From Hemiscyllium ocellatum (Eukaryota): a stretch of 64,000 nt of DNA. The position numbers and the translations under genes were made by a program. This document shows, piece by piece, positions 40,905 through 53,277 of this stretch. Under the pieces are notes generated by a model, which saw nothing but the letters and a program-made list of their open reading frames with translations, had not been told where the DNA came from and did not search any database. Positions within the stretch are counted from its first letter, which is position 1, and every line of letters starts with the position of its first letter. The stretch is from contig NC_083437.1 in assembly GCF_020745735.1 (NCBI RefSeq), positions 35,712,001 through 35,776,000 of the forward strand. Direction: 5' to 3'.

Positions 40905-43900
40905 TTTGAGAAAGTTCACGAGTTGTGGGCGTCGCTGACTAGCCAGCATTTATTGCTAGTCCCTAGTTGCCCTTCAGAAGGTGGTGGTGATCGGTCTTCT
41001 TGAACCACTGCAGTCCATGTGCTGTATGTTGACCCATAATCCCTTCAGGGAGGGAACGCCAGGATTTTGACCCAGTGACACTAAAGGAATGGTGACATTT
41101 TCCAAGTCAGGATGTTCAATGGCTTGGAATGGAATTTGCACTTGTTCCCATGTAGCTGCTTCCCTTGTCCTTCGAAATGGAAATGATCATGGGTTTGGAA
41201 GGTGCTATCAGAGAATCTTGGGTGAAAGTCTGCAGTGTATCTTGTAGATAGCACACACTGCTGCTACTGAGCAACAATGGTGGAGGGAGTGGCTGTTCAT
41301 GGACATGGTTCAAATCAAAACAGGCTGCTGGATGTCCAGTTTCTTGTATGTTGTAGCTGCACCCATTCAGGCATCACACTCCTGACTTGTGCCTTGTTGA
41401 TGGTGGACAAGCTTTGGGGCTTCAAGACGGGAGTTACTTGCCACAGTATTCCTCGCCTCTGACCTGCTCTTGTCGCCACAGTATATGTGGTGAATCCAGT
41501 TGAGTTGTAAGTCAATGGTAACCCCCAAGATGTTAATAGTGGGGAAATTCAGATCTTAAGGGGGTGGTGATTAGATCGTCTTTTATTGGAGATGGTCGTT
41601 GCCGAGCATTGTGTCGTGTAACTGTTACTTGCCCTTTGTCAGCCAAAATCTGAATATTGTCCAGATCTTATTGCATTTGAACATGGTCTGCTTCAGTACT
41701 GGCGGAGTCATGAATGGTGTAATTATCATAGAGTTGTATAGCAAATGGAAACAGACCCTTTGATTTAACCAGTCCATGCCAAATATAATCCCAAACTAAA
41801 CTAGTCTCACCTGCCTGCCTAGCCCATATCCCTCCAAACCTTTCCTATTCATGTATTTATCCAAATGTCTATTAAATGTTGTAATTGTACCCACATCCAC
41901 CACTTCCTCAGGAAGTTCATTCCACACGCAAACCGCCATGTAAAGAAATTGCCCCCTCGTCTTGAAATCCCTCCTCCCAGAGAAAAGACAATTACCATTA
42001 ATTCTATCTATACTATTCCCGACCTTATACTGGAGCAAAGGCCACTGATGAAGCAGCAGAAGATGGTTGGGCCTAGGACATTATCCTGTGAAACTCCTGC
42101 ACAGATATCCTGATGCTAAGATGACTCCCCTCCAACAATCACAACCATCATCCCACATACCAGGTATGACTCCAACCAGCAGAGAGTTTGCCCCTAAAAT
42201 CTACAGACTCCAGTTTTGCTACAACTTCTTGATGCCACACATAATCAAATGCAGTCTTGATTGCAAGGGTTGTCCCTTCATCTCACCATAGAATTCAGCT
42301 CTTTTGTCCATGCGTTAACCAAGTTAATGAAGTCAGGAGCAGAGTGGCCTGAGTAGAACCCAAATTGGGCATCATTGAGCAGATTAATGCTGAGCAGCTG
42401 CTACTGATAACACTGTTGATGACACCTTCTATCACTTCACTGATGATTCAGAGTTCACTGATAGGGCAGTAACTGGCTGGGTTGGATTTGTGGCCGTTGC
42501 TCTTGATGTGATCTCCCCCACATCGGGGAGACAGGATACCAACTCGCAGAATGTTTCAGAACATCTCTGGGACGCACACCAAACAATCTCACTGCCCTGT
42601 GGCCAATCACTTCAACTCCCCTTCCCACTCCGTCAAGGACATGCAAGTACTTGGCCTCCTGCACTGCCACATCCTGGCCACCCAGCACCTGGACGAAGAA
42701 TGCCTAATCTTCCACCTTGGGACCCTCCAACCACATATATTAACGTCGATTTTACCAGTTTCTCCTCATCTCTCCTCTCCACCCCCCCCCCCCCCCACCT
42801 CATCCCAGATCCAACTCTCCAACTCGGCACCGCCCACTTGAACTGTCCCATCTGTCCATCTTCCTTCCCAACTATCTGCTCCACCCTCCACTCCATCATT
42901 ATCACCCCGCCATGTGTAATTATCCATCACTTTCCCAACAAACATTCCCCTCGCCCCACCCCCCTATTGATCTCTCAGCCCCCTTCCCCCCCCCCCCCCC
43001 CCAACCATATTCCCAATGAAAGGCAAATGCCCAAAACTTCAATTCTCCTGCTCCTTGGATGCTGCCTGACCTGCTGTGCTTTTCCAGCACCGTACTTTTT
43101 GACTCTGAACTCCAACATCTGCAGTCCTCACTCTCTCCAGAATTGGATTTGTCCTGCTTGTGTGTATAGGGCATAACCAGGCAATTTTCTGCTTTGTTGG
43201 GTGGATGTTGCAACAGTACTGGAAGAGCTCAGCTAGAGGATTGTCAAGTTCTGGAGCACAAGTCTTCAGGACTATGTTATCAGGGTGCATTGCCTTCACA
43301 GTAGCCAAAGCCTCCAATAGTTTCTTAATATCATGTGGACTGAATCAAATTGGTTGAAGACTGGTATGAGACACTCTGGGGACTAATGGAGGAGGCCAAG
43401 TTGGTCACCCACTCAGACTTCTGGCTGAAGATTGCTGAGAATGCTTCAGATTTAACTTTTGTCCTGATATGTTGGGCTCTTTCAAGATGTGGATAATTTG
43501 TGGAGCCTCCTCCTCCAGTAACTAATTGTCCACCATCACTCATGACCGAACGTGGCAGGACTGCAGAGGTTAAATCGGATTGGTTTGCTGTGGGATCACT
43601 TACCTCTGTCTATCACTTGATAGTTATGCTTGCCCTCAGATATTTGTGAGGAGTATTTTGCAGAGTAGACAGGACTGTTTCTGCCAGTATCTTTACCGGT
43701 GCCTAGATTAATGCTAGGTGGTCCGTCCAGTTTCATTTCTTTGATGAAACTTCATAGTGATTGATGCAACTGAGTGGCTTGCTAGACCATTTTAGAGGGC
43801 AGTTGAGAGTCAGATTGCGGTGGGTTTGGAGTCACCTGTAAATCAGGATTAGGATGGCAGATTTCTTTCCCTGCAAGATATTAGTGAGCCATGTGGGTGT

Positions 43901-43935
43901 TTCTGACAAATCAACAATGATTTTATGGTTATCAG
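40905..43935 (-). mobile_element. Old L2/CR1-clade LINE (family B) with nested CR1 (~41725-42020) and PLE insertions
   Basis: IVLKTCAPEL..PLAELFQ RT-upstream motif; 3' end ccagcatttattgc. Confidence 0.65.
42492..43142 (+). mobile_element. Penelope-like (Neptune-type) 3' fragment with 10-bp TSD
   Basis: PVANHFN..DMQVLGL..LIFHLGTLQP endonuclease tail plus terminal repeat; TTGGATTTGT at 42482-42491 and 43143-43152. Confidence 0.85.
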
Positions 43936-46452
43936 TAGATTCTTAATTCTAGATTTGACAAGCCATATCAAAAACATCATTTTAGTTTCAAATTAAAGTT
44001 TCATTTAATTCATGAATAACTTCAGATTATGTACTTGTCTGTAAATTTTCGTGTTAACATAATTTGTCCTATGTAGAGCTATGAATAGTACCTGTTGACA
44101 ACTAGCACACATCCTATATCTACACAGCTAATACTGGGCTGAAACTGGACTGTGGAGGCTGAGAACAGACTTGCATTCTACTTCCTTACTGAGAAGAGTT
44201 TAATGAAGAGTAATTTCTTCTAAAGGACACAGCTGCCAGTTGCTTCATTATCTCTCCCCATCCAAACAGGCAAAATAGAGTATTAGTTCAGACAATTTTA
44301 CAATGATTCATATTTCTCTTCGCAGCCAGAGAAATCAAGTAGCTACACTATCAATATAAAGCATGCTCAATTTCATCTGGCCCGAGTCATTGAACAAAAG
44401 AGTTAATAGCAGCCTGGTATACATTCCAAAATCATATCATCATTTTAACATGAAGTCCCACCAGAACAGTGTCTTTGTTCCAACACAATGACAATTTCAT
44501 ACTGCACAGTCGTTACTTTATCAGTTTCTTCTTTTATCAGAAGAGTTGCAGCTGAATTCTAATCGAAAAACTGTAGTCACCACAAAGTATTTCCATTCCT
44601 AAAAAATGTTCTTATTCAGAGTGAAAAATAGCACTGTACTGTGTAGGGTTGAATACTGTATTCTGTCAGCATTCAATATAATTTGTTCCATTACAGGGGT
44701 GAAAATTTTTAATTAGCATTTTAGAAAAAAAATTCTCCTATGGACACTTGTCAACAAATGAGGGAACAGAAAAAAAAACTCCAATATGTAATGAAGTCAA
44801 TTTCAAATTAAAGTTTCTGACAATCTTAATAAATCTCATTACTTTTCTATCCCACTTTAGTGAATGATATTTGTCTGCTACTAAAGGTGCTTTCATGGCA
44901 ACACAATTGAAGTATCCAGTGTATTGAATGATGAACTTGCATTTTGTCATTGAACTGCAAAATACATTGGGGACTCAACATACTGAGTCATTAAGTATGT
45001 ATCATTTCAATCTCTTGTCCTAACAATGACATGCTCAAAAATGAGATTGAAGTTAATTATTTATGAAAGATGCATCCTACCTCTCAAATTATACCCAAAT
45101 TAATTCTTTTTATTTAATTATACTTTTAACTGGATAGTACTAAAAAGTTTGTTTATTTTAATAAATCAAAATGAAAGTGCTTGTCACTTTACAGCACTCT
45201 GTTAACGCTGTTATCCTAAAAACGGTTTGCCAGGGAGGTGACCATACAATGGTGTCATGTATTAGCTTTGGTCCGATAAGCAAAATGACGATGGAATTCA
45301 AAACTATGTGCAGGCATGCAGCTGATGCTCATATTTATAATAGACAGTGCAGACAGAAAGGATCCTTATGGCTCAGGCTAGTTGGCAAACAATCCATAAA
45401 TAATTGAAATGAATAGACTAGACTAGATGCATCTAAAGAGGAGATCTGGTAACCAACAAGGGGAAAGGAACAGAGGATAACAGATTTAGTTGAGGAAAGC
45501 AAGGCTGTAGTGCCAGGGTTTCGGTTGAATGGAGTATAAATGCAGGCTCACATCCTTGCTGTAAACAATCGGTTTTGGTGCTGTTTATTTGTTGTAACCA
45601 TATTCAAAAATGCACAGCACCATTGTGTAATAATTTCAACTTCTTAGCCAAGTAGACAATAGGAGGAATGTAGCGAGTTTGGCATATCCAACACATGCAC
45701 TCTGAGCAGCCTAATTTCTTCGAAATTGGAAAGAATTTTCACCTCAGTAAGTGCATGAATGATGCAATATGTGCCTGCAAATGTACAGCAGTATCCAAGT
45801 TTGTGTGAGGACATCTTAATTTAGCAGCTGTCTTCCAGTAGAAGAGTAGACACAGCAATGCAATTATAGAATCACTGAATGGCTGCAGCACAGAAGGAGG
45901 CCTGTTAAATGTCTTGGCATGAAAGGTACAATCAAAACCAGAAGGGAATAGAAGTTATTCTGAAGCCATCTTGAGAGCAAACTCAATTTGCTTGGGTGTG
46001 TGGCCAAAGCAAAAGGCCAGTGAACATATACAGATTAATCCTTGGCTTTGACAGCATAGCAATGTGGTTATGCATCTGCAGGCAGGTCTGCCAAGCAAAG
46101 ACGTTGGCCTGAGGAGGCGTGATTGGAATTCCCACACCCTACTGAAGTGGATCACAAACCCATAAAGCAACAGGAACAGTCTTGTGAAAGAGAAATTATT
46201 TCTTTAAGATAAAACACACCCTCAATATCTGTAGTTTGCATTCACCTGCCCTGCTCCTGGAAGAAAAAATTCTAAAGGAAGTTCTCAAAAAGTGTTCGGC
46301 CTCTAATTTAGATAACAATAGGCATAAAAGTTTTTCAAATCCATGCTGAATGCCAAAAATTTCACCAAGGAATCTAACAGTGTGGTATCAATGCGCGTGC
46401 AGACTGGAAGCAGCTATTCCACTTCTAAATTGGCATTGGCTCTCTCTCTCTT

Positions 46453-46488
46453 ATTCCTGATGAAGGGCTTATGCTCGAAACGTCGAAT
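46453..46488 (+). ncRNA. Minimal type-I hammerhead ribozyme motif, intact core
   Basis: ATTC-CTGATGA-a-GGGC-ttat-GCTC-GAAAC-GTC-GAAT. Confidence 0.78.
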
Positions 46489-46545
46489 TCTCTATTCCTG
46501 AGATGCTACCTAACCTGCTGTGCTTTGACCAGCAACACATTTGCA
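46453..46545 (+). mobile_element. Solo PLE terminal-repeat fragment
   Basis: Same sequence as 3' termini at 51660-51788 and 53180-53277. Confidence 0.8.
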
Positions 46546-47709
46546 ATTTAAATCACATACAAAGGGCACAATGCTCTAGAATCTCCACCCTACACCCTAT
46601 CCTATTGCCTCTTGTATCAGGCTCAAATGATAATTTGCTGATGGCTGGATGTAGTCCCAGCAGAGGCCACTGCTCCCAAATGATGCTGCTGGGATCAGAG
46701 AATTGTTCTCCTGGTAACTTGGACTGTACTTTCTTCCGAATTGGCTCAAGGCAAAACTCCTGCCACAATTAGAAGCTGGTTGACGAATAAATGGCTGCCG
46801 GGCAGGCACCAGACAAGGGCCAGGCTTGCCTTTAACATATAGGCCAAGCAGGAAATTCCAACCAATACCTTCATGATATGCACTGCAGGTTTCTTTATTA
46901 TGTAAAATCTCGACTCCTGTCAAGATAGACATTTAATGCTTGCAGTTAAAAATGCAGATAATTTTGCGATAGGTGTTTGTGATCATTATCACAGATTAGT
47001 TATAGAATTAACAGGACTTCTTTAAAAATTTGCCCCTTACAACATAGACTGTCTGTAATGTTTTCCCAAATGCATTTTGAAACAAATGCATGAAAATGTG
47101 AGAAATTACTCATTTTTATGACATATAACTCTGTCTCAGTGGTGCTGTTAATGGTTTGTTACGGTTTGTTACGGTAAAATTAGAAAAACGATGGGATACA
47201 TGTGATTCTAATGAGAAAAATGTAATGCTTTTAAGCCAGTCTTCATAATTCAGCTAGAGATAAATCCTGAAATCATTTCAGTTGAAAGGATATTTTCTGA
47301 ATTGTCCAAATAAAGAGCCTCTTTGTTTCCTACTGGAGTTGATTGGTTTTGCTTTTATCCATGTTAAGAATTTATCCATCTTTCATTATGAATTTGACAT
47401 ATGAAGGGATATGAAGGGATAAGTAGAAATGTACAGCAGCGTCAACTCAGAATTTATGAGCAAAGCAGCAATGTGACAATTATTGGGTTTGCATCGAATA
47501 TCAGCACCAATACCTTCTTTACTAAATCAATTATGCTTCCTTGTCAGCACTCATCAAATGATATATTTCTTAATTTCATGAAACATTAATATGAGCAGAA
47601 ACGTCGATCAGTTTCACAAGTTTTGAGTTGAATATCAGTTGTCCATAGTTATCAAGTCCAATATTTTAATACCAGTTCAGGTTACTTCCAATCGGACAGT
47701 ATACAGTAT

Positions 47710-48560
47710 GATATCGATCAATTGGGGACATGGGCAGAAAAATGACAGATCGAGTTTAATCTGGACAAATGTAAGATGACACATTTTGGAAGGTCAAGTG
47801 CAGGTAGATATTTTACTGCGAATGGCAGAATCCTTAGTAGTATTGATATGCAGAGTCATCTGGGTGTTCAGATCCACAGATCACTGAAGGCGCAATGCAT
47901 GTAGATAAAGTAGTTAAAAAAAAAAGGCCTTTGGCATGCTTGCCTTCATTGAAAGGGGCATTGAATATAAGAATAGACAAGTTATGCTGCAGCTTTATAG
48001 AACCTTAGTTAGGCCCCACTTGGAATATTGTATGCAGCCTGGTCACCACACCACCTGAAGGATGTGAATGCTTTAGACAGAATACAGAAATGCTTTATTA
48101 GGATGTCGCCTGGCATCGGGGATTTTAACTATGAGGAAAGGTTGGATAGACCATGTTTTTTGTCACTGGAACATAGGAAGTTGAAGGACTTGATAGCAGT
48201 TTATAAAATTGTGAATGGCATGGATAGGGCGGGAAGTGTGAGGCTTTTTCCCAGGGTGGAGGGATCATTTACTAGGGGACACAGGTTCAAGGTGCAAGTG
48301 AGGGAAATTTAAGAGAGATATGCGAGGCATGCTTTTCGCACAAAAGCTGGTGAGTACCTGGAACGCGCTGCCAGAGGTGGTGGAAGCAAACACAATTGCA
48401 GCATTCAAGAATCATCTGGATGAATATGTAAATAGGAAGGGAACACAAGGATATTGATCCTGTAAGTGAAGATAGTTTTAATATGGAAGTGCAAAATGGG
48501 TCAGCACAGGCTTGGGGGGGCTGAGGGGCGTGTTTCTGTGCTGTATTGTTGTTCATTCTA
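47710..48560 (+). mobile_element. CR1 LINE, 5'-truncated
   Basis: EFNLDKCK, LYRTLVRP, WSPHHLKDV; 3' UTR. Confidence 0.82.
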
Positions 48561-49521
48561 AAACTCAAGAAAGAAAAGCTCATGTGAAGCTGTGACTTAT
48601 AACAGCACTTTATTCTTTCCCTGATTTAAAGGTAAAGTAACCACCAGGCACACTGAAGAGATACGACTGCTGGTAGTTTAACCAGAGGGTCACTATGCTT
48701 CAGGCAAGGGGAGGGGTTGAAAATGCAGGATTTTCAATGGTAACCTCAGCTGGTATGGGAATTGAATCCATACTGTTGTCATCAGTTTCTGTTGCAAACC
48801 AGCCATCCAGTCAACTGAGCTAACTGACTTCTTCATGAGGAATTGATCGGTTACTAGGAAAATCCAGTTATTAGTAATATACAATATGATACTTAAAACA
48901 TTTAGGCACATTTTTCTGTCAGTGTAGAGATCAAAGATTTAACATACCACCAAACTGACAATCTCAAAGATTAATACGTGTTTTGAAAAGAGCCAATTTT
49001 AAAATCTTTTCTCACTGAGCGGCTACATGCTCAGAGTGAAAAGATAGGAATGTGCATATATGTGTGGAGAGAGAGGAATAGGTATGTTATTACCTTGACT
49101 GCCATTGCACCTCATGGTATCTGACACGTCTGTCAGTATGTGGTCAAGAGTGATGGTTGTTTGAAGTAGTTTGATGTTATTAATCTTCCTTTGACTTGAG
49201 CTTGTCTAATGATCAGTGGTAGTGGATATGCCAGGGCCTTTACAGGAGGCACATGTTTAATAAAAAAACCTTGTTTGGTTGTGTTATGATGCAGCACTGT
49301 GGCCATTACTTCCTGCTGGGTACTTGAACTTTCTGACCCTGCAGTGGAGTCAATGTATCACAAAACCCTTGAGAGGCACTGTCAAGGTGCTCCATTATAT
49401 TTATAGGAGTAAGAACACTTCAGTATTTGGCAAAAGCAAAATGCTGTTTTTATTTGATTTTCAGTATCAAAGTACTTGAGAAACTCAGCAGGTCTGGCAG
49501 ATCTGTGGACAGGGAGACAGT

Positions 49522-49695
49522 AAGGATTGCAGATGCTGGAGATCAGGGTTGACAGTGTGTTGCTGGGAAAGCACAGCAGGTCAGGCAGCATCCGAGGAGC
49601 AGGAAAACCAGTGTTGAAGGGATCCAGCCCGAAATGTCTATTTTCCTGCTCCTCAGATGCTGCCTGACCTGCTGTGCTCTTCCAGCAATGCACTC
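49522..49695. mobile_element. Hairpin mini-PLE (inverted terminal-repeat pair)
   Basis: 49555-49607 pairs with 49641-49693; degenerate hammerhead in the loop. Confidence 0.75.
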
Positions 49696-50301
49696 AGATC
49701 TGTTACAAATTTCTGCTATGAATGAATACTAGCCTTTCAGGAGCTGCACAGAACATAACTGCTTCCTACAAAGGCAAGCATGTACTCACCACCTTCACCC
49801 AGACTGTAACAGCAGCAAATTGGAGGAGTTTAATGTTACATTAACTTCAGAATCATGATCTTAAACAAAAAAAAATTACAAAGGATAGGTCAAATCTTAT
49901 ATAGTATATTTTATAAATGATCTATAAACATTTTCTTTTTATTTTCTCTCAACTCTTTGCCACAAGCAAAGTGACAACCTGTTGCCAGACATCAGTTAAT
50001 GTCATTTTGCAGTGTTCACCTGAAGTGTATGTTATCCTCTACACACATTTCAGACAATTTAGTGTGGGACAATTTCTGAAACCTTGTAACTTTGGTTTAA
50101 TTACTAGAATCTGTTCCTCAAAGAAAGTTTGACAACTGTAGATCAGACTGTGAGGGATCTAATGAAAAATATTTAGAACATTATTTTTAAACATTGACAA
50201 AATGTTCCACCTACTATCCCAGTATAAAATATTGGATTGTAATGGGGGAGACACTGCAAAAGCTCTGCAATAATAGGGAACTTAAATGGCCACAATTATA
50301 G

Positions 50302-51788
50302 GCCTGAACAAGTTCTCTTTCCAATCCTCCCACTTCCTCCAAACCAAAGGAATTGCCATCGGCACCTGCATGGGCCCTAGCTATGCCTGTCTCTTCGTAG
50401 GATATGTGGAAGTCCATCTTCCGCAACTACACTGGCACCACCAGTGTACATTGATGACTGTATCGGCGCTGCCTCATGCTCCCACGAGGAGGTTGAACAG
50501 TTCATCCACTTCACCAACACCTTCCACCCCGACCTCAAATTCACCTGGACTGTCTCAGATTCCTCCCTCCTCTTCCTAGACCTTTCCATTTCTATCTCGG
50601 ACGACCGAATTAACACAGACATCTACTATAAACCGACTGACTCCCACAGCTACCTAGACTACACCCCTTTCCACTCTGCCCCTTGTAAAAACGCCATCCC
50701 ATATTTCCAATTCCTTCATCTCCGCCACATCTGCTCCCAGGAGGACCAGTTCCAATACCATACAGCCCAGATGGCCTCCTTCAAGGACTGCAAATTCCCC
50801 CCAGATGTGATCGACGATGCCCTCCACCGCATCTCCTCCACCCGCCACCAGGACAGAACCCCACTGGTTCTCACCTACCACCCCACCAACCTCCATACAC
50901 AGCGTATCATCCGCTGTCATTTTCGCCACCTCCTAATGGACCCCACCACCAGGGATATATTTCTCTCCCCTCCCCTACCAGCGTTCTGAAAAGACCACTC
51001 CCTCCGTGACTCCCTCGTCAGGTCCACACCCCCCCCCACCAACCCAACCTCCACTCCCGGCACCTTCCCCTGCAACCGCAAGAAATGCATAACATGCGCC
51101 CACACCTCCTCCCTTACTTCTCTCCAAGGCCCCAAGGGATCCTTCCATATCCGCCACAAATTCACCTGCACCTCGACGTACCATCTATTGCATCCGCTGC
51201 ACCCGATGTGGCCTCCTCTATATTGGGGAGATAGGCCGCCTACTTGCGGAACGTTTCAGAGAACACCTTTGGAACACCCGGACCAACCAACCCAATCACC
51301 CCGTGGCTCAACACTTCAACTCCCCCTCCCACTCCACCGAGGACATGCAGGTCCTTGGACTCCTCCATCGCCAGACCGTAACAACACGACGGTTGGAGGA
51401 AGAGTGCCTCATCTTCCGCCTGGGAACCCTCCAACCGCAAGGAATAAACTCAGATTTCTCCAGTTTCCTCATTTCCCCTCCCCCCACCTTGTCTCAGTCG
51501 AATCCCTTGAACTCAGCATCGCCTTCCTAATCTCTCCGCCCCCACCCACTCCGGCCTGTCATTCTCACCTTGACCTCCTTCCACCTATCGCATCTCCATC
51601 GCCCCTCCCCTAAGTCCCACCTCCCTACCTTTTATCTTAGCCTGCTGGACACACTTTCCTCATTCCTGAAGAAGGGCTTATGCCCAAAATGTCGAATTTC
51701 CTGTTCCTTGGATGCTGCCTGACCTGCTGCGCTTTTCCAGCAACACATTTTCAGCTCTGATCTCCAGCATCTGCAGACCTCATTTTCT
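50302..51788 (+). mobile_element. Penelope-like (Neptune-type) retroelement, 5'-truncated: RT C-half, GIY-YIG, terminal repeat; 12-bp TSD
   Basis: GIAIGTCMGPSYA, YIDD, FLDL, YYKPTD, CNRKKC..C, LAERFREH; CCACAATTATAG at 50290-50301 and 51789-51800. Confidence 0.92.
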
Positions 51789-51984
51789 CCACAATTATAG
51801 TAATGTCCATTTGAAACAAAACCTAATTTTTAACTTCCCACAAAAGATGTGTTCGTGTTCCAAATATAGATAATTGACAGTTATCAGTAATTGATTCAGA
51901 GTTTATTGTGGTGTTGAATTGGAAACAAACAACAATCGAAGGTATATGCTAGATGAAGCCAAATCCTTTAGCCTAGGTTTGTGG

Positions 51985-52335
51985 TTTTTGAGAAGATTTG
52001 TAACTCGGGTTGAGGTTCAGGCTGTAATTTTGTTCTCAGACATTTCGTCACCATGCTCTGTAACATCATCAGTGAGCCTCCAGTGAAGCACTGGTGCTCT
52101 GTCCTGTATTCAATTTAAGTATCTTGGTCTGTTATGGTGAGTGATATAATTTCAGGCCTTTTTTCTCAGAGGTTGCTAAATGGGGTCCAAATCGATGTAT
52201 TTATTGATGGAGTTCCGGTTTGAATGCCAGGCCTCGAGGAATTCCCATGCATGTCTGTTTAGCCTGTCCTAGGATGGATGTATTGTCCCAGTTGAAATGA
52301 TGTCCTTCCTTATCTGTGTGTAAGGATACTAGGTG
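51985..52335 (-). mobile_element. Penelope-like 3' fragment related to the 29.1-30.5 kb element
   Basis: HTDKEGHHFNWDNTSILGQAKQ; terminal repeat with hammerhead. Confidence 0.8.
52035..52076 (-). ncRNA. Minimal hammerhead ribozyme motif
   Basis: CTCA-CTGATGA-t-GTTAC-agagcatg-GTGAC-GAAAT-GTC-TGAG. Confidence 0.68.
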
Positions 52336-52344
52336 GTATTTGGT

Positions 52345-53277
52345 CCTGTCTTTTGATGGCTCACGCAAACCTTCGTCACCACGCGTAACCCCGCCCCCAC
52401 GCTTACTTCCATCACCATGCATGACCCCGCCCCCACGCCGAGCTTCGTCACCATGTCTAACTCCGCCCCATGTCGATCTCTGTCCCCACCCCTAACCCCG
52501 CCCCCACCCCCAGCTCCAGTACCACACCAGGTCCTAGCTCCCAACTTCGCCGGATCTTCACCATCCCTCCAGACCTCCCCCTCTCTGAGGATAAAAGATC
52601 ATTCCTCAGCAGAGGCCTCACCTTCATTCCCCTAAGCCCTCGGATCAATGAGTTCAACACGCGGCGAGATATTGAACAATTCTTCCGCTGCCTTCGCCTC
52701 CGTGCCTACTTTTACAACCAAGACTCCCGCTCACCCCCTGACAACCCCTTCTCCCACCTCCAACACACCCCATCCATCTGGACACCCCGTGCTGGCCTCT
52801 TACCTGCCCTCGATCTATTTATAGCCAACTGCCGCTGCGACATTAACCGACTCAACCTGTCCACCCCTCTCCCCCACTCCAACCTCTCACCCTCAGAACG
52901 TGCAGCCCTCCACTCCCTCCGTTCCAACCCCAACCTCACCATCAAACCGGCAGACAAGGGAGGCGCGGTAGTAGTTTGGTGCCCCGACCTTTATACTGCT
53001 GAGGCCAAACGCCAGCTCGCGGACGCCTCCTCTTATCGCCCCCTTGACCATGACCCCACCTCCCACCACCAAACCATCATCTCCCAGACCATCCATAACC
53101 TCATCACCTCAGGGGATCTCCTATCTACCGCCTCCAACCTCATAGTCCCACAACCCCGCACTGCCCACTTCTACAATCATTTCCTGATGAAGGGCTCTGG
53201 CCCGAAACGTCGAATTTCCTGTTCCTTGGATGCTGCCTAACCTGCTGTGCTTTAACCAGCAACACATTTTCAGCTCT
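52345..53277 (+). mobile_element. Internally deleted Neptune-type PLE: ORF N-terminal region fused to terminal repeat
   Basis: ORF 52470..53240: LS..KRSFLSRGLTFIP, NLSPSERAAL, IKPADKGGAVVV; stops at PRTAHFY. Confidence 0.85.
53180..53215 (+). ncRNA. Minimal type-I hammerhead ribozyme motif, intact core
   Basis: TTC-CTGATGA-a-GGGC-tctg-GCCC-GAAAC-GTC-GAA. Confidence 0.78.

Noticed and set aside
42490-43176. 228-aa proline-rich ORF
   Set aside because: Off-frame reading of a C-rich PLE fragment.
52470-53240. 256-aa ORF as a domesticated gene
   Set aside because: PLE ORF fragment with no true ATG at the called start (GTG), truncated before the RT core and running into the terminal repeat.
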